41,361 nt of DNA from a virus: the IMG/VR virus record IMGVR_UViG_3300037308_000077, positions 1-41,361 of that record, one strand, 5' to 3'. The translations under genes and the position numbers were made by a program. Of the stretch, positions 15,685 to 24,374 are shown in pieces. The first letter of the stretch is position 1; each line of letters starts with the position of its first letter. The notes under the pieces were generated by a model. That model had not been told where the DNA came from, ran no database searches, and worked only from the letters and a program-made list of their open reading frames with translations.

Positions 15685-18225
15685 TCAATAACTTATGTTT
15701 CCTTCGGTTGCTCTTGCCGCTGGCCGCACCATGCGATCAAATTCTTCGCGTGCCGCACGCCTCACCGCTTCGCCAACCGCATTGGCGTCACTGCCAGGCG
15801 GCACCGTCACGTTGATTGTCGCATCGAATTGGTTCGAAACCGAACGCGAACTTGTGCCGGCCTCGGCTTGTGCCGACATTCGATCAGCCATGACGGTTGG
15901 CGAAGCGGCGGCGGCGCTCATTGGCGCGGCCATTGCAAGACCAGCGGCGGCAACCGCCGGCGCAACCGCCTTGGGAAGTGTCGGCGTTTCGAAGTCGAGG
16001 CCGACCTTGGCGGCCAGGCTTCCAAGTGTTCCCTTGAGCCAACCGAACATGGAAGTGAACCCTTCAACGATTGGCTGGATCAACCCGTCACGCAAGCGCG
16101 CGCCGGCATCGGCGGCCATGCTGGCAACCGAATCCCAAAGGCCGCCGAACCAAGCAACCAATCCCGACCAGGCCGATTTGAGAAGATCCAGCGCGGCCGC
16201 ACCGGCGGCAACAACCGAATCCCAAGCGGCCTTGGAGCCAAGCTTGATCTCAACCCAAACGTTGTTGAGGCCCTGCAAAAAGGCGTTCCACAAGGCACCG
16301 AAGGTTGCGGTGATGTCATCCCAATATTTGACAACCTGAACCACGGCAAAGCCAACCGCCGCAATCGCGGCAATGACTGCCAGGATCGGCGCCAGCGCAA
16401 CAACCCAAGCCGCCGCCGCTTTGGCGCTCATGGCCAGGGTTGCGATTGCAATCTTTGCCATGCTGGCAACCCAAGCCGCCGAAGCTTTCACCGCCGAGGC
16501 AATGGCCGCCGCCGCCATTTTGACGTTAGCGGCAACCCAAAGTGCCGCCTGTTTTGTCCATGCCGCGCCGGAAATGACGGCACTCTTGACGGCCGAGGCG
16601 GCGGCCTTGAGCCATGCGCCGGAAGCCAAAACGCCAGCCTTGATCTGCGCGGCGGCATACATCGCGGCGCGCTTCCCGGCTTCAAGCATTGCGGCCGCGC
16701 CTGCGCGTGCGGAAGCGGCAACGTCACTGATTGAGCCGACCCAACGGGAAGCGGCAAGAACCCCTCGGCCAGCGGCGGCGCTCCAGGCGATGGCGGTTTT
16801 GCCGGCGGCGGCAACCATAGAAACGGAAGCTTTCACCGCCGAGGCGATGATTGAACCGGAAGCAATCGCAAACCTGGCCGCCATCGATGCCGCACCGAAG
16901 GCAACCTTTGCGAACCCGGCAACCCAAGGCCCAACAACCTTGCCAACAAAGTAAGCCGTCACGGCACCGAGGCCGGCGGTTATGCCGGTGAACCAAGAGT
17001 CAAACTCAGTTTCAGTGAGGCCGAGCATATCCATGATCCGGCGCTTCACTTTGCCAAGCCAATCAACCACGGCCTGGAAGATCTTTTCCTTGTTGCGAAC
17101 GAGAAAACCGAGAACCGAAGGCCGGCCGTCGATGAACGCAAGGAAGTCTTCAACGATTAAGAAAGCCGCCGCGATTGCGGCACCAATTAAAATTGGCCCA
17201 AGCAACGCGCGCTTCCAGGCAAAGAGTGCCGCCTTGCCAATTAAAAGAAAGCCTTTCACAACGGCGGCAAGCGCCATGCCAAGCTTTCCAAGAATAAACA
17301 AGCCGGCAACCGCCGCCAATCCCTTCAACACGCCAACGATACCGCCAAGGCTTTTTGTCAGGCGATCCGTTGTCTCAATCATGGCCTTCAGCACAAGCCA
17401 AACTGACTTGGCAACACGCAAAAACCAGCTCAGAAATTTTGTTGTAACCTCTATGAACTGTTGTATTCTTGTCTTCAAAAGATCGCGATTGGCAAGCATC
17501 CATTTTCGGATCTCGGTGACGATCTCGGTGATTGGCGGAATGAGGCCCATACCGATAGATCGGCCGAGGCCGAACACGGTTTCAGTCAGTCGCGTGATCT
17601 CATCGTTGAAGGCAAGCGATTGCTCAATTGCCTTGTCATCCATGATCGCGCCAAAGGCCGCCGCTTCATCACCGAGGCCCTGGATCGCCGCTGAACCTTG
17701 GTTCAACATGCGAATCATTCGCGTGCCGGATTCGCCAAACAACCGCATGGCAAGCGCCGACTTGTTTGTGCCTTGCGGCATCTTTGCAAACTTGTCGGAA
17801 ACCTCAAGCATCAACCTATCGGCGGTTTTCAAATTGCCGCTTGAATCCATGACGGAAACGCCAAGCGCGCCGAAAGCTTCCGTTGCCTCTTTGGATCCCG
17901 TCTTTGCCATGAACGCGGCGCGCGATATTTGCCGAAGGGAAACGCCGAGGATCTCGGCGCTGGCGCCATTCAGGTTTGCGGCATGAGTCAACCGTTGCAA
18001 GCTTTCGGTTGTGATGCCAACCGATTGGGCAAGGTTGTGCGTTCTCTCACCGTAAGCGGCCGTTGTTTTTGCCAACCCAAAAAGAGCGGCGGCACCGGCG
18101 GCGGCGGCGGTGCCAACGGCAAAGAGCGCCGTCTTGATATCCGAGATCCCTTGTTCCATGCGGCGCAAGGGTTCATCATCAACCTCGAATCCAAACTTGA
18201 CCACTAATTCGCGAACGGTTGCCAT
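15685..18225 (-). CDS. Tail tape measure protein
   Basis: ~846 aa. The N-terminal TMP core is 'AYGERTHNLAQSVGITTESLQRLTHAANLNGASAE...FGALGVSVMDSSGNLK...LFGESG', followed by a long Ala-rich helical/TM-like middle. GAGGTG precedes ATG 18225 (a GTG at 18231 is also possible). Confidence 0.9.
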   Translation of the reverse strand: MATVRELVVKFGFEVDDEPLRRMEQGISDIKTALFAVGTAAAAGAAALFGLAKTTAAYGERTHNLAQSVGITTESLQRLTHAANLNGASAEILGVSLRQISRAAFMAKTGSKEATEAFGALGVSVMDSSGNLKTADRLMLEVSDKFAKMPQGTNKSALAMRLFGESGTRMIRMLNQGSAAIQGLGDEAAAFGAIMDDKAIEQSLAFNDEITRLTETVFGLGRSIGMGLIPPITEIVTEIRKWMLANRDLLKTRIQQFIEVTTKFLSWFLRVAKSVWLVLKAMIETTDRLTKSLGGIVGVLKGLAAVAGLFILGKLGMALAAVVKGFLLIGKAALFAWKRALLGPILIGAAIAAAFLIVEDFLAFIDGRPSVLGFLVRNKEKIFQAVVDWLGKVKRRIMDMLGLTETEFDSWFTGITAGLGAVTAYFVGKVVGPWVAGFAKVAFGAASMAARFAIASGSIIASAVKASVSMVAAAGKTAIAWSAAAGRGVLAASRWVGSISDVAASARAGAAAMLEAGKRAAMYAAAQIKAGVLASGAWLKAAASAVKSAVISGAAWTKQAALWVAANVKMAAAAIASAVKASAAWVASMAKIAIATLAMSAKAAAAWVVALAPILAVIAAIAAVGFAVVQVVKYWDDITATFGALWNAFLQGLNNVWVEIKLGSKAAWDSVVAAGAAALDLLKSAWSGLVAWFGGLWDSVASMAADAGARLRDGLIQPIVEGFTSMFGWLKGTLGSLAAKVGLDFETPTLPKAVAPAVAAAGLAMAAPMSAAAASPTVMADRMSAQAEAGTSSRSVSNQFDATINVTVPPGSDANAVGEAVRRAAREEFDRMVRPAARATEGNISY

Positions 18226-18227
18226 TG

Positions 18228-18835
18228 TCACCTCAACTTGGCCTTCGCCGCCGCGACTTTGTTCGCGTAAGCTTCGGCCTCCTCTTTCAGATCCAACGCC
18301 TCATTGGCATCGGCCAGATCGTCAATGCTCCAATGGGTTTCGATCTCTTGGAGCGAACCGAGGCCGGCCAACACAACCCGCCACACTTCCCATTGTATGT
18401 TGATCCGGCCGGGTTGGAAGCCGGAAGCATCACCGCTTACTTTCGCAATGCGGCGATTGCGCCTAAAAAATCAGAAAAATTAACCTCCAAGACAAAAGCC
18501 AAAACTTTGAACAAGGTGCCAATGTTCCCGGAAAAGTCGAGATCAAAATTGATCGGCTTTCCGTCTTTGGTTGTTGTCTCCAAGAGTTCCTTCACGGTGC
18601 GCTCAAAAGTCACTTCATCGCAAGATTCGAAAAGCGCCTTGATGGCCGAACCGAAAGCTTCGGCCGTGATGTTCGCGTTCGCAACATCACCGAGCGCGGC
18701 GCCGCCAGTGAGTGCGCCGAAAGCTGGCCCAATCATCTTGCCGAGGCGGTGAAAAATCTTGAGTGCCTTTGTTGCCGAGAACTGCGAAACGGCAAAAACC
18801 GAATCATCGATGATCTTCTCTTGTGTGTGTTTCAT
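18228..18835 (-). CDS. Tail assembly chaperone gpGT-like product made by -1 programmed frameshift at 18464-18470
   Basis: T TTT TTA is in the correct X XXY YYZ register. The -1 frame is open for 78 codons ('RRNRRIAKVSGDAS...ETHWSIDDLADANEALDLKEEAEAYANKVAAAKAKLR'). Its TGA (18228-18230) abuts the tape measure start. Confidence 0.65.
18437..18835 (-). CDS. Tail assembly chaperone (gpG-like, 0-frame product)
   Basis: It sits between the tube and tape measure genes. Start 'MKHTQEK' has an AAAGGAAA RBS. The track start at 18889 lies inside the terminator hairpin. Confidence 0.7.
   Translation of the reverse strand: MKHTQEKIIDDSVFAVSQFSATKALKIFHRLGKMIGPAFGALTGGAALGDVANANITAEAFGSAIKALFESCDEVTFERTVKELLETTTKDGKPINFDLDFSGNIGTLFKVLAFVLEVNFSDFLGAIAALRK
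18464..18470 (-). promoter_or_regulatory. Slippery heptanucleotide U UUU UUA (-1 PRF site)
   Basis: Forward taaaaaa at 18464-18470. Codons 123-124 of the chaperone are TTT TTA, preceded by a codon ending in T. Confidence 0.65.
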
Positions 18836-18848
18836 GGGGTTTCCTTTC

Positions 18849-18883
18849 AAAAAAAAAAGCGGCGCGGCGAAGCCGAACCGCTT
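18849..18883 (-). terminator. Intrinsic terminator/attenuator after the tail tube gene
   Basis: The - strand reads GCGG-uu-CGGC-uuc-GCCG-cg-CCGC followed by a run of 10 U (forward A10 at 18849-18858). Confidence 0.55.
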
Positions 18884-18907
18884 AGTCACATCATGAGGTC
18901 AACTCGT

Positions 18908-19327
18908 TCAGTTGCCGCCAACAAAAACGGCCAGGCTGTTAGTTTCCAAGATCCATTCGCGCGTGCCAAGTTCCCGACCAAACTCGGAGTCAGGATATTT
19001 GACAATCCAAGCGGTTTCAGCGGCATACAGCGAATTGCCTGAACCGTCTTTGATCAGCACGGGAACAACGCCAGAATTGGCAAGTTCATCAGCGGCGGCG
19101 ATACCAGAAAGGATCGCGTTCGAGTCAGAAGATTGCGCCAGCGTGAAGGTGATCCTTCCCGACTTGTTGTTGCTTTTGGCGCGTGTTCCTTCGCCATCAG
19201 TTCCCATGTACAGCGCGAAGGCGTCGGCGTTTCGCGCAACCGAAACAAAAGAGCCATCAGCAAACCCGGCGATCTGGAAGCCGCCCACAATGATTTGAAC
19301 CTGACTCGGATCATAAGTCTTTGCCAT
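18908..19327 (-). CDS. Tail tube protein (DUF3277/PhiTE-tube-like)
   Basis: 'YDPSQVQIIVGGFQIAGFADGSFVSVARNADAF...GTDGEGTRAKSNNKSGRITFTLAQSSDSNAILS'. It lies directly downstream of the sheath gene. Confidence 0.75.
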   Translation of the reverse strand: MAKTYDPSQVQIIVGGFQIAGFADGSFVSVARNADAFALYMGTDGEGTRAKSNNKSGRITFTLAQSSDSNAILSGIAAADELANSGVVPVLIKDGSGNSLYAAETAWIVKYPDSEFGRELGTREWILETNSLAVFVGGN

Positions 19328-19342
19328 CTCTCAACCCCTTTC

Positions 19343-20641
19343 TTACACGGAAACCGTGCCGCGAATTTGTGTTTTATGCACCGCACCGGCAAGGGTTGCG
19401 GCAAACTTAACGTCAGGCAAGTATCGGTTCGCCTTGTCGGCTGGCGAAACATCGGCAACCTTTGGCACCGATACCGTTGGCTCAGGATCCTGCGAAAGCA
19501 ACCCAACGCCGATTGCCTCGGTTAGTTGTGCGCGCACTTCGTTCTCAATCACCGCAACACCGGCATCGGTGAAAGGAATCTTTTTGAGTTGCACAAGCTT
19601 GGCATAAACACGTTCTTGGATCCGCGCCTGCAACCAATCGGTGCCAATGATGATATCGATGAACTCACCGGAAGCCATGACGCCTTCAGCGGTGATATTC
19701 ACACCGCCAATTGTCTCGTAAGTGTTCGCGTTCTTGGCCTTGATTGCCGCCGACTCGGTTGGTGTCAGCTTGTCAACCGTGACGCCTGCAAGAGTCTTGA
19801 ACTTATACGTTGCCGAACCTGGCGCTTCGGGAAGCATCTTTCCGAGCCAAGCCGCATCAACGAAGTCGTTCGGCGTGCCGGTGAAGATCACGGCGGTTCG
19901 GTCATATGCGCCGGCCTGCAATCGGTATGCAATGTCACTTGTGCTTGTGCCATCTTTGACGCCAGCGGCATCGGATCGCGCAAAGAATATCTTGTGGCGC
20001 GCCTCGATCCAGGCGGCGGCCGTAAGCTGATCGGCAAGAGTCTTGGAAGTGAGAACAAGCGCATACCATTCCGAGTTCTCGATCTCGATTGCATCAAGGC
20101 CGCTGGCAACAGTCACGGCGGCGGTGACAACCGCAAGCGCGCCGGTGAGGCCAAGGGTTGAAGTGATGTCGAGGTTTGCAAGTGTCAGGGTTCGGCCGGC
20201 ATCGCTGGTTACGGTGATCACATTGCCCAACACGGTTGCCGAGGCGATACCGTCAACCGCGTCGATTGCGGAAGCCAAAGCGGCAATTGTCGAAGCGGTG
20301 CAAGTGATACCGTTCACGTCAACCGAAGCTTCATCACCAACGCCAAACGCCTGGTTGAAGGTGATTGTGGAAACGCCAGCAACGATTGCATTAAGGCGGC
20401 CGATTGCGATTTGAGTCGGCCGAGGTGTCTGGCCGAACGCCTTTTGTGCAGCAAGGTATTCCGCATCGGCTTCATCGAAGTCTTCGCCAACGCCTTCGGC
20501 ATCGGTATAAAAACGAAGCCGTTCAGGAAAGGTTGCATTGATACCGGCGATCAACATGGTGCCAAAGCCGGCCTGACTTACTGATTGCGTTTGACGCGTG
20601 ATTTGCACGTCAACAATTTGAGAAAGACTCATTTCACTCAC
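19343..20641 (-). CDS. Tail sheath protein (DUF3383-like)
   Basis: 432 aa. The N-terminus is 'LSQIVDVQITRQTQSVSQAGFGTMLIAG...'. It pairs with the tube gene. Confidence 0.75.
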   Translation of the reverse strand: MSEMSLSQIVDVQITRQTQSVSQAGFGTMLIAGINATFPERLRFYTDAEGVGEDFDEADAEYLAAQKAFGQTPRPTQIAIGRLNAIVAGVSTITFNQAFGVGDEASVDVNGITCTASTIAALASAIDAVDGIASATVLGNVITVTSDAGRTLTLANLDITSTLGLTGALAVVTAAVTVASGLDAIEIENSEWYALVLTSKTLADQLTAAAWIEARHKIFFARSDAAGVKDGTSTSDIAYRLQAGAYDRTAVIFTGTPNDFVDAAWLGKMLPEAPGSATYKFKTLAGVTVDKLTPTESAAIKAKNANTYETIGGVNITAEGVMASGEFIDIIIGTDWLQARIQERVYAKLVQLKKIPFTDAGVAVIENEVRAQLTEAIGVGLLSQDPEPTVSVPKVADVSPADKANRYLPDVKFAATLAGAVHKTQIRGTVSV

Positions 20642-20645
20642 TCCC

Positions 20646-21320
20646 TTAGAAAAGGTTCACCATGCCGGAAGCAATGGCTTCAAGCACCGCTTTCACGGTA
20701 TCCCAAACTTGGATTGCCCAACCGGGCAAGAACATTTTGACAAGCCAACCGGCCGCACCCATGACGCCAACGATTGCGACAAGCCAAGATCGCCAAGCGC
20801 CGCTTTTCTTAGGCGGCACTTCTGGCGGCTTAGGCGTTTCAACTGGCGGCGGTTTTGGTGTTGGCGCTGGCGTTGGCTTTGGAACTGGCGCCGGAATTGG
20901 TGCCGGCGGCGGCGGTTCAGGCATTGGCCGAGGTTTGTGTTGTGCCGCCATTCGCTCAAGGAAAGACACCGCAAGCGGATAAACAACATCAAATTGAGCC
21001 AACATCTTGTTGTTGATTCCAGGCAATTGTTCAATGCTCTTTTTGTCTTTCCAGATCTTCGCAACGGCCGCCAACTGTTCATCGATATCGCCTGATTTTC
21101 CTGTAAGAAAAGCATCGGTTCCCTTAACCGGCTTTGTGAAACTTTCGGTGCAAATTGCACCAATGACAAAAACGGCAACCCAATCGATGCCAATAGGTTC
21201 GCAAACGCGAAAACAATCATCAGCCAACAATGGATGATCATGATTGTATTTGAAGCCGAACCACAAATTGAGATCGGTACACTTGATCTCTTTGGGAAAC
21301 ATTCGGTGCGTTTCTCTCAT
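20646..21320 (-). CDS. Hypothetical membrane protein with a poly-Pro linker, embedded in the tail module
   Basis: 'PEPPPPAPIPAPVPKPTPAPTPKPPPVETPKPPEVPPKK' is followed by the hydrophobic 'WRSWLVAIVGVMGAAGWLVKMFLPGWAI'. An internal hydrophobic segment 'IDWVAVFVIGAIC' is also present. Confidence 0.6.
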   Translation of the reverse strand: MRETHRMFPKEIKCTDLNLWFGFKYNHDHPLLADDCFRVCEPIGIDWVAVFVIGAICTESFTKPVKGTDAFLTGKSGDIDEQLAAVAKIWKDKKSIEQLPGINNKMLAQFDVVYPLAVSFLERMAAQHKPRPMPEPPPPAPIPAPVPKPTPAPTPKPPPVETPKPPEVPPKKSGAWRSWLVAIVGVMGAAGWLVKMFLPGWAIQVWDTVKAVLEAIASGMVNLF

Positions 21321-21814
21321 ATCGACACCTCTTCGCCGTTGATCTCAACCGTCTCAATCGCGCCGAGATCTTCGTTGGTTTTTGCCGTTGCCATTAAGAT
21401 AACGTCAAAATTATATCGCGGTTCAAAGGTTGTGTCCTGGAACGTTGTCACGTTTCCAACGTCACCTTCACTTGAGATCGAAAGGCCAGCGGCAACATAC
21501 AGCGCCGAGCGCACCGCTTCCTTGCTCAAGGAAAGGTGAAGCTTGAGTGCCAGATCATGGGTTGTGATCTGGTCATCGCCGATTGTTGTCACTTGCAAAG
21601 TGAGTTCACGATGGCCGACCCAATCGAACACGTTGCCGGTGCCAGTGAAGCGCGCCTCATCTTGGCCAGCAACGCGCCTTGGCCCAGTGAGGCGCAAGGC
21701 AACATATGGCCGCGCTGGCCGAGGTGCCGATTGATCCGCCCATACAACAGTTTGAGGCGCCGCCTGCGCGCTTGCCCATTGATAGATCGCTGTTCGGATC
21801 GCCGTTATGTTCAT
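21317..21814 (-). CDS. Putative tail terminator / tail completion protein
   Basis: 'IRTAIYQWASAQA...VVWADQSAPRPARPYVALRL' resembles the tail-terminator N-terminal pattern. It lies upstream of the sheath gene. Confidence 0.5.
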   Translation of the reverse strand: MNITAIRTAIYQWASAQAAPQTVVWADQSAPRPARPYVALRLTGPRRVAGQDEARFTGTGNVFDWVGHRELTLQVTTIGDDQITTHDLALKLHLSLSKEAVRSALYVAAGLSISSEGDVGNVTTFQDTTFEPRYNFDVILMATAKTNEDLGAIETVEINGEEVSI

Positions 21815-22176
21815 GCCGGTTCAACCCTCACAACAATGGCCTTCGAAAACGAAAAGGCATATTGCCATGGTTCAACGCGCTGAACCTGGTATGTCTTTCC
21901 GCGCATCACGATCTTGTCTGCAACGGCGCCGGTTGACTCTTTGGCAACCTGCAATTCTTCGGCGCAATACAGCTTGAGAACTTCCGATGATCTCTGTAGT
22001 TCTGGGTAGTTTTCCATTTCCATCGAAGACATCGGTTGCACCGAAGCGATGATTGTCGATGAAGTTTCAGCGCCAGGCACATATATGCCATTGACAAAAG
22101 AACCAGGTGCGGTTCTTTTCAATGTTACATTTTCAGCGAAGTTCGAGATCAAATTTTGTGCCATCGCCTGACTCAT
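21811..22176 (-). CDS. Putative head closure / head-tail joining protein
   Basis: 121-aa ORF in the connector block, with an ATGA-type overlap. Confidence 0.45.
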   Translation of the reverse strand: MSQAMAQNLISNFAENVTLKRTAPGSFVNGIYVPGAETSSTIIASVQPMSSMEMENYPELQRSSEVLKLYCAEELQVAKESTGAVADKIVMRGKTYQVQRVEPWQYAFSFSKAIVVRVEPA

Positions 22177-22679
22177 GACGCCTTCCCTTTCTTCTCAACC
22201 GCGTAAGATATCGATTGCCGAAGCTGGCCGGTATCGATCAGCGGCACATCGGATCCCTTGCGTTCAATCGTTTCAGGCGCCAATTCTGGCGGTATGCCAT
22301 CGGTGATTCTCTGAACCACATCGGTTTTGATCTTCTCACCGAGAAGGTTCAAAGCTTGAATCGGATCGCGCTTCCCGTCGATGATCTCACCGCTTAACAC
22401 TTGAGCGATCCGCATGTAAGAGCGTTGCTTTTCATCGATTGTGTCGCGCAAAAACGAACGCTGTGGAACGTTCGAAGTGCCGAACTCATGGAAGGTTGCA
22501 ACTTCCACAACCGTGATCCCTTGCAGCGAATTGCCGCCTTCTGGCGTTCGCGCTTCCTTGCGCGCCTCGGCTTCCGTGCCTTGAACCCCGATTTTCACAT
22601 ATGGTTTGACGTTCAAGGCGGCGAACTTTCGCCTGACTTCCTTGAAACCTCGATCCATATCTGAAATCGAAAAACTCAT
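22173..22679 (-). CDS. HK97 gp10-like head-tail connector protein
   Basis: 'VEVATFHEFGTSNVPQRSFLRDTIDE' is typical of the HK97-gp10 family. Confidence 0.65.
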   Translation of the reverse strand: MSFSISDMDRGFKEVRRKFAALNVKPYVKIGVQGTEAEARKEARTPEGGNSLQGITVVEVATFHEFGTSNVPQRSFLRDTIDEKQRSYMRIAQVLSGEIIDGKRDPIQALNLLGEKIKTDVVQRITDGIPPELAPETIERKGSDVPLIDTGQLRQSISYAVEKKGKAS

Positions 22680-23020
22680 AAAACCCTCGGAGTTATGTAC
22701 AACGAACGCCGAAGCCGCAAGAACTCCATGCCGTAACCAGTTGAGCCAAGCTCATGGGCAACCGCGCTTACGTTGTTGGCATAAGAACGTTGCAAGTCGC
22801 CAACCTTCTCTGAAGTCACTGGCCCGGCCGCGCCTGAACCGCCGCGATTGGCAACAGTCAGAAGATGGCCGGTGAGGTATTGGATCGCGAAGTCGGCCTT
22901 GTTTCCCCACACCGAGGCGTTCACCGAAAACGCGGCCTGATCCAAAAACAGTTGGATCCGCAAGTCGGATTCGCTTGCGAACTCAGGAAACAATGCTTTG
23001 ATATCGGCCGGCGTTACCAT
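22676..23020 (-). CDS. Head-tail adaptor (DUF4054-like)
   Basis: 'ADIKALFPEFASESDLRIQLFLDQAAFSVNASVWGNKADFAIQYLTGHLL'. Confidence 0.55.
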   Translation of the reverse strand: MVTPADIKALFPEFASESDLRIQLFLDQAAFSVNASVWGNKADFAIQYLTGHLLTVANRGGSGAAGPVTSEKVGDLQRSYANNVSAVAHELGSTGYGMEFLRLRRSLYITPRVL

Positions 23021-23027
23021 GACAACC

Positions 23028-23417
23028 TCACAAAAATTCTTCGGTGTTTTCAGCTTCCGGCTTTACGTCGATTTTCAGCTTGTCGATCTGCGCGGTGATT
23101 GCGCGCTGAACCGCTGGCCTGGTTTCGCCGTCAAGCCATCGGCCTAAAAGCTTCACATCGAAGGTTTCTTCGATGATCTTTGTTGCTTGTTTATGGTGAA
23201 GCTTCGACAAGTCACCGTTCGTTTCCTCAGCGCCGGCGGCGGCTTCGATCAAGCCATCATTGATCCGCTTTTGTATAAGAGGGTTGTGCTTCATTTTTTC
23301 CCAATGCGGGTTGGATATCTCATTGATCCCTGGTGAAAGCACGATATGAACGGAGTTCCCGTTTTCTTTTACTGTTGTGCCGAAGACTGAAGTTGAGTTG
23401 TTTTTGACAAGAACCAT
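23028..23417 (-). CDS. Hypothetical head-module protein
   Basis: ORF with GGAAGGAAA upstream of ATG 23417 ('MVLVKNN'). The track start 23438 is a TTG. Confidence 0.5.
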   Translation of the reverse strand: MVLVKNNSTSVFGTTVKENGNSVHIVLSPGINEISNPHWEKMKHNPLIQKRINDGLIEAAAGAEETNGDLSKLHHKQATKIIEETFDVKLLGRWLDGETRPAVQRAITAQIDKLKIDVKPEAENTEEFL

Positions 23418-23440
23418 TGGGGTTTCCTTCCGAGTCAAAC

Positions 23441-24361
23441 TTAGATGCCTTCAGCGATATTGATAGCCATTGGATAATAGATCAACACACCGCCGATTCG
23501 TTGATGGCAAGGCACCACATACTCAAGGCCGCGCTCTTGTTCCGGGAACTGTTCAAAGTCTTGCGGAATTTCGAGAGTCAGCACATCGGGATCCTTGCGG
23601 TATGCGATCATGGCATCGCTTCCACCGTAACCGGCACCCTTCAACTCGTTCACCCAATCAACGTTCTTGATGTAACCATTGTTGTCAAGAAAGTATTTCA
23701 GGATCGTGGTGTCGCTGGTTGCGCTTCGCGGTGTTGAATGGATCAAGTTGTATTGAGCCAAAGGAAGCAACAAGGTGTCGGGAATTTCAACGCCGTGCGT
23801 GCTTTCAACGATGAAGTTCGCCGCCGCGTTCAAGTCGGCGATGATCTCATCAGGCGTTTTCTGAATGAAGGTTGTGAACCCGGAAACGCCAGAAGGTACG
23901 GCGGTGCGCGTCACGTTAGGGTTGGACAACAGGCCGCCGAGGCCCGAAGCCGCGTCACCGTTGAAGGCAATGGCGTTTTCTTTCTGCATGATGGCGCGCT
24001 TGGCCGCGTTCGCCTTGCGTTGCTGCAAAGGCTTGCCGGCCATTTGTGCGTTGCGGATCTCTTGCAGGTTGTAACCGAAAGAGGCGCCAAGGCTTTTGAC
24101 CCGTGCGACAAATTCACGGCCAACGATGTCGGCGCGCGGAAGGTCATCAGCGTAAGACGCGATGATCTTGGCAATGCCAACCTGATCGAATTGCTGGTAC
24201 ACGATTGATTCGGCGCCAGGCCCGGCTTCAAAAGAAACCGGAATGAGTCGGCGAACCTTCAGTTCTGGATATTTGATGTCATAAGTCTTAGACTTAACCG
24301 CCTCAAGTTCGCGAGAAAAGAACGCCGATTGTGCGGCATCAAGCTTTGTGTGAACAATCAT
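23441..24361 (-). CDS. Major capsid protein (HK97 fold, DUF2184-type)
   Basis: 'LDAAQSAFFSRELEAVKSKTYDIKYPELKVRRLIPV...ESIVYQQFDQVGIAKIIASYADDLPRADI'. Synteny with a DUF2213-type scaffold gene supports the call. Confidence 0.8.
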   Translation of the reverse strand: MIVHTKLDAAQSAFFSRELEAVKSKTYDIKYPELKVRRLIPVSFEAGPGAESIVYQQFDQVGIAKIIASYADDLPRADIVGREFVARVKSLGASFGYNLQEIRNAQMAGKPLQQRKANAAKRAIMQKENAIAFNGDAASGLGGLLSNPNVTRTAVPSGVSGFTTFIQKTPDEIIADLNAAANFIVESTHGVEIPDTLLLPLAQYNLIHSTPRSATSDTTILKYFLDNNGYIKNVDWVNELKGAGYGGSDAMIAYRKDPDVLTLEIPQDFEQFPEQERGLEYVVPCHQRIGGVLIYYPMAINIAEGI

Positions 24362-24374
24362 ACCTTCACCCCTT

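Noticed and set aside
15583-17986. Very long + strand ORFs (383, 334, 214 and 193 aa) opposite the tape measure gene
   Set aside because: They are Arg/Gly/Ala/Pro-rich, have no RBS or motif content, and are the complement of an Ala-rich GC-biased gene. The - strand product has clear tape-measure motifs. They are antisense artefacts.
20662-21095. + strand ORFs (106 and 128 aa) opposite the poly-Pro region
   Set aside because: Their Gly-rich and Arg/Trp-rich translations are simply the complement of CCN proline codons.
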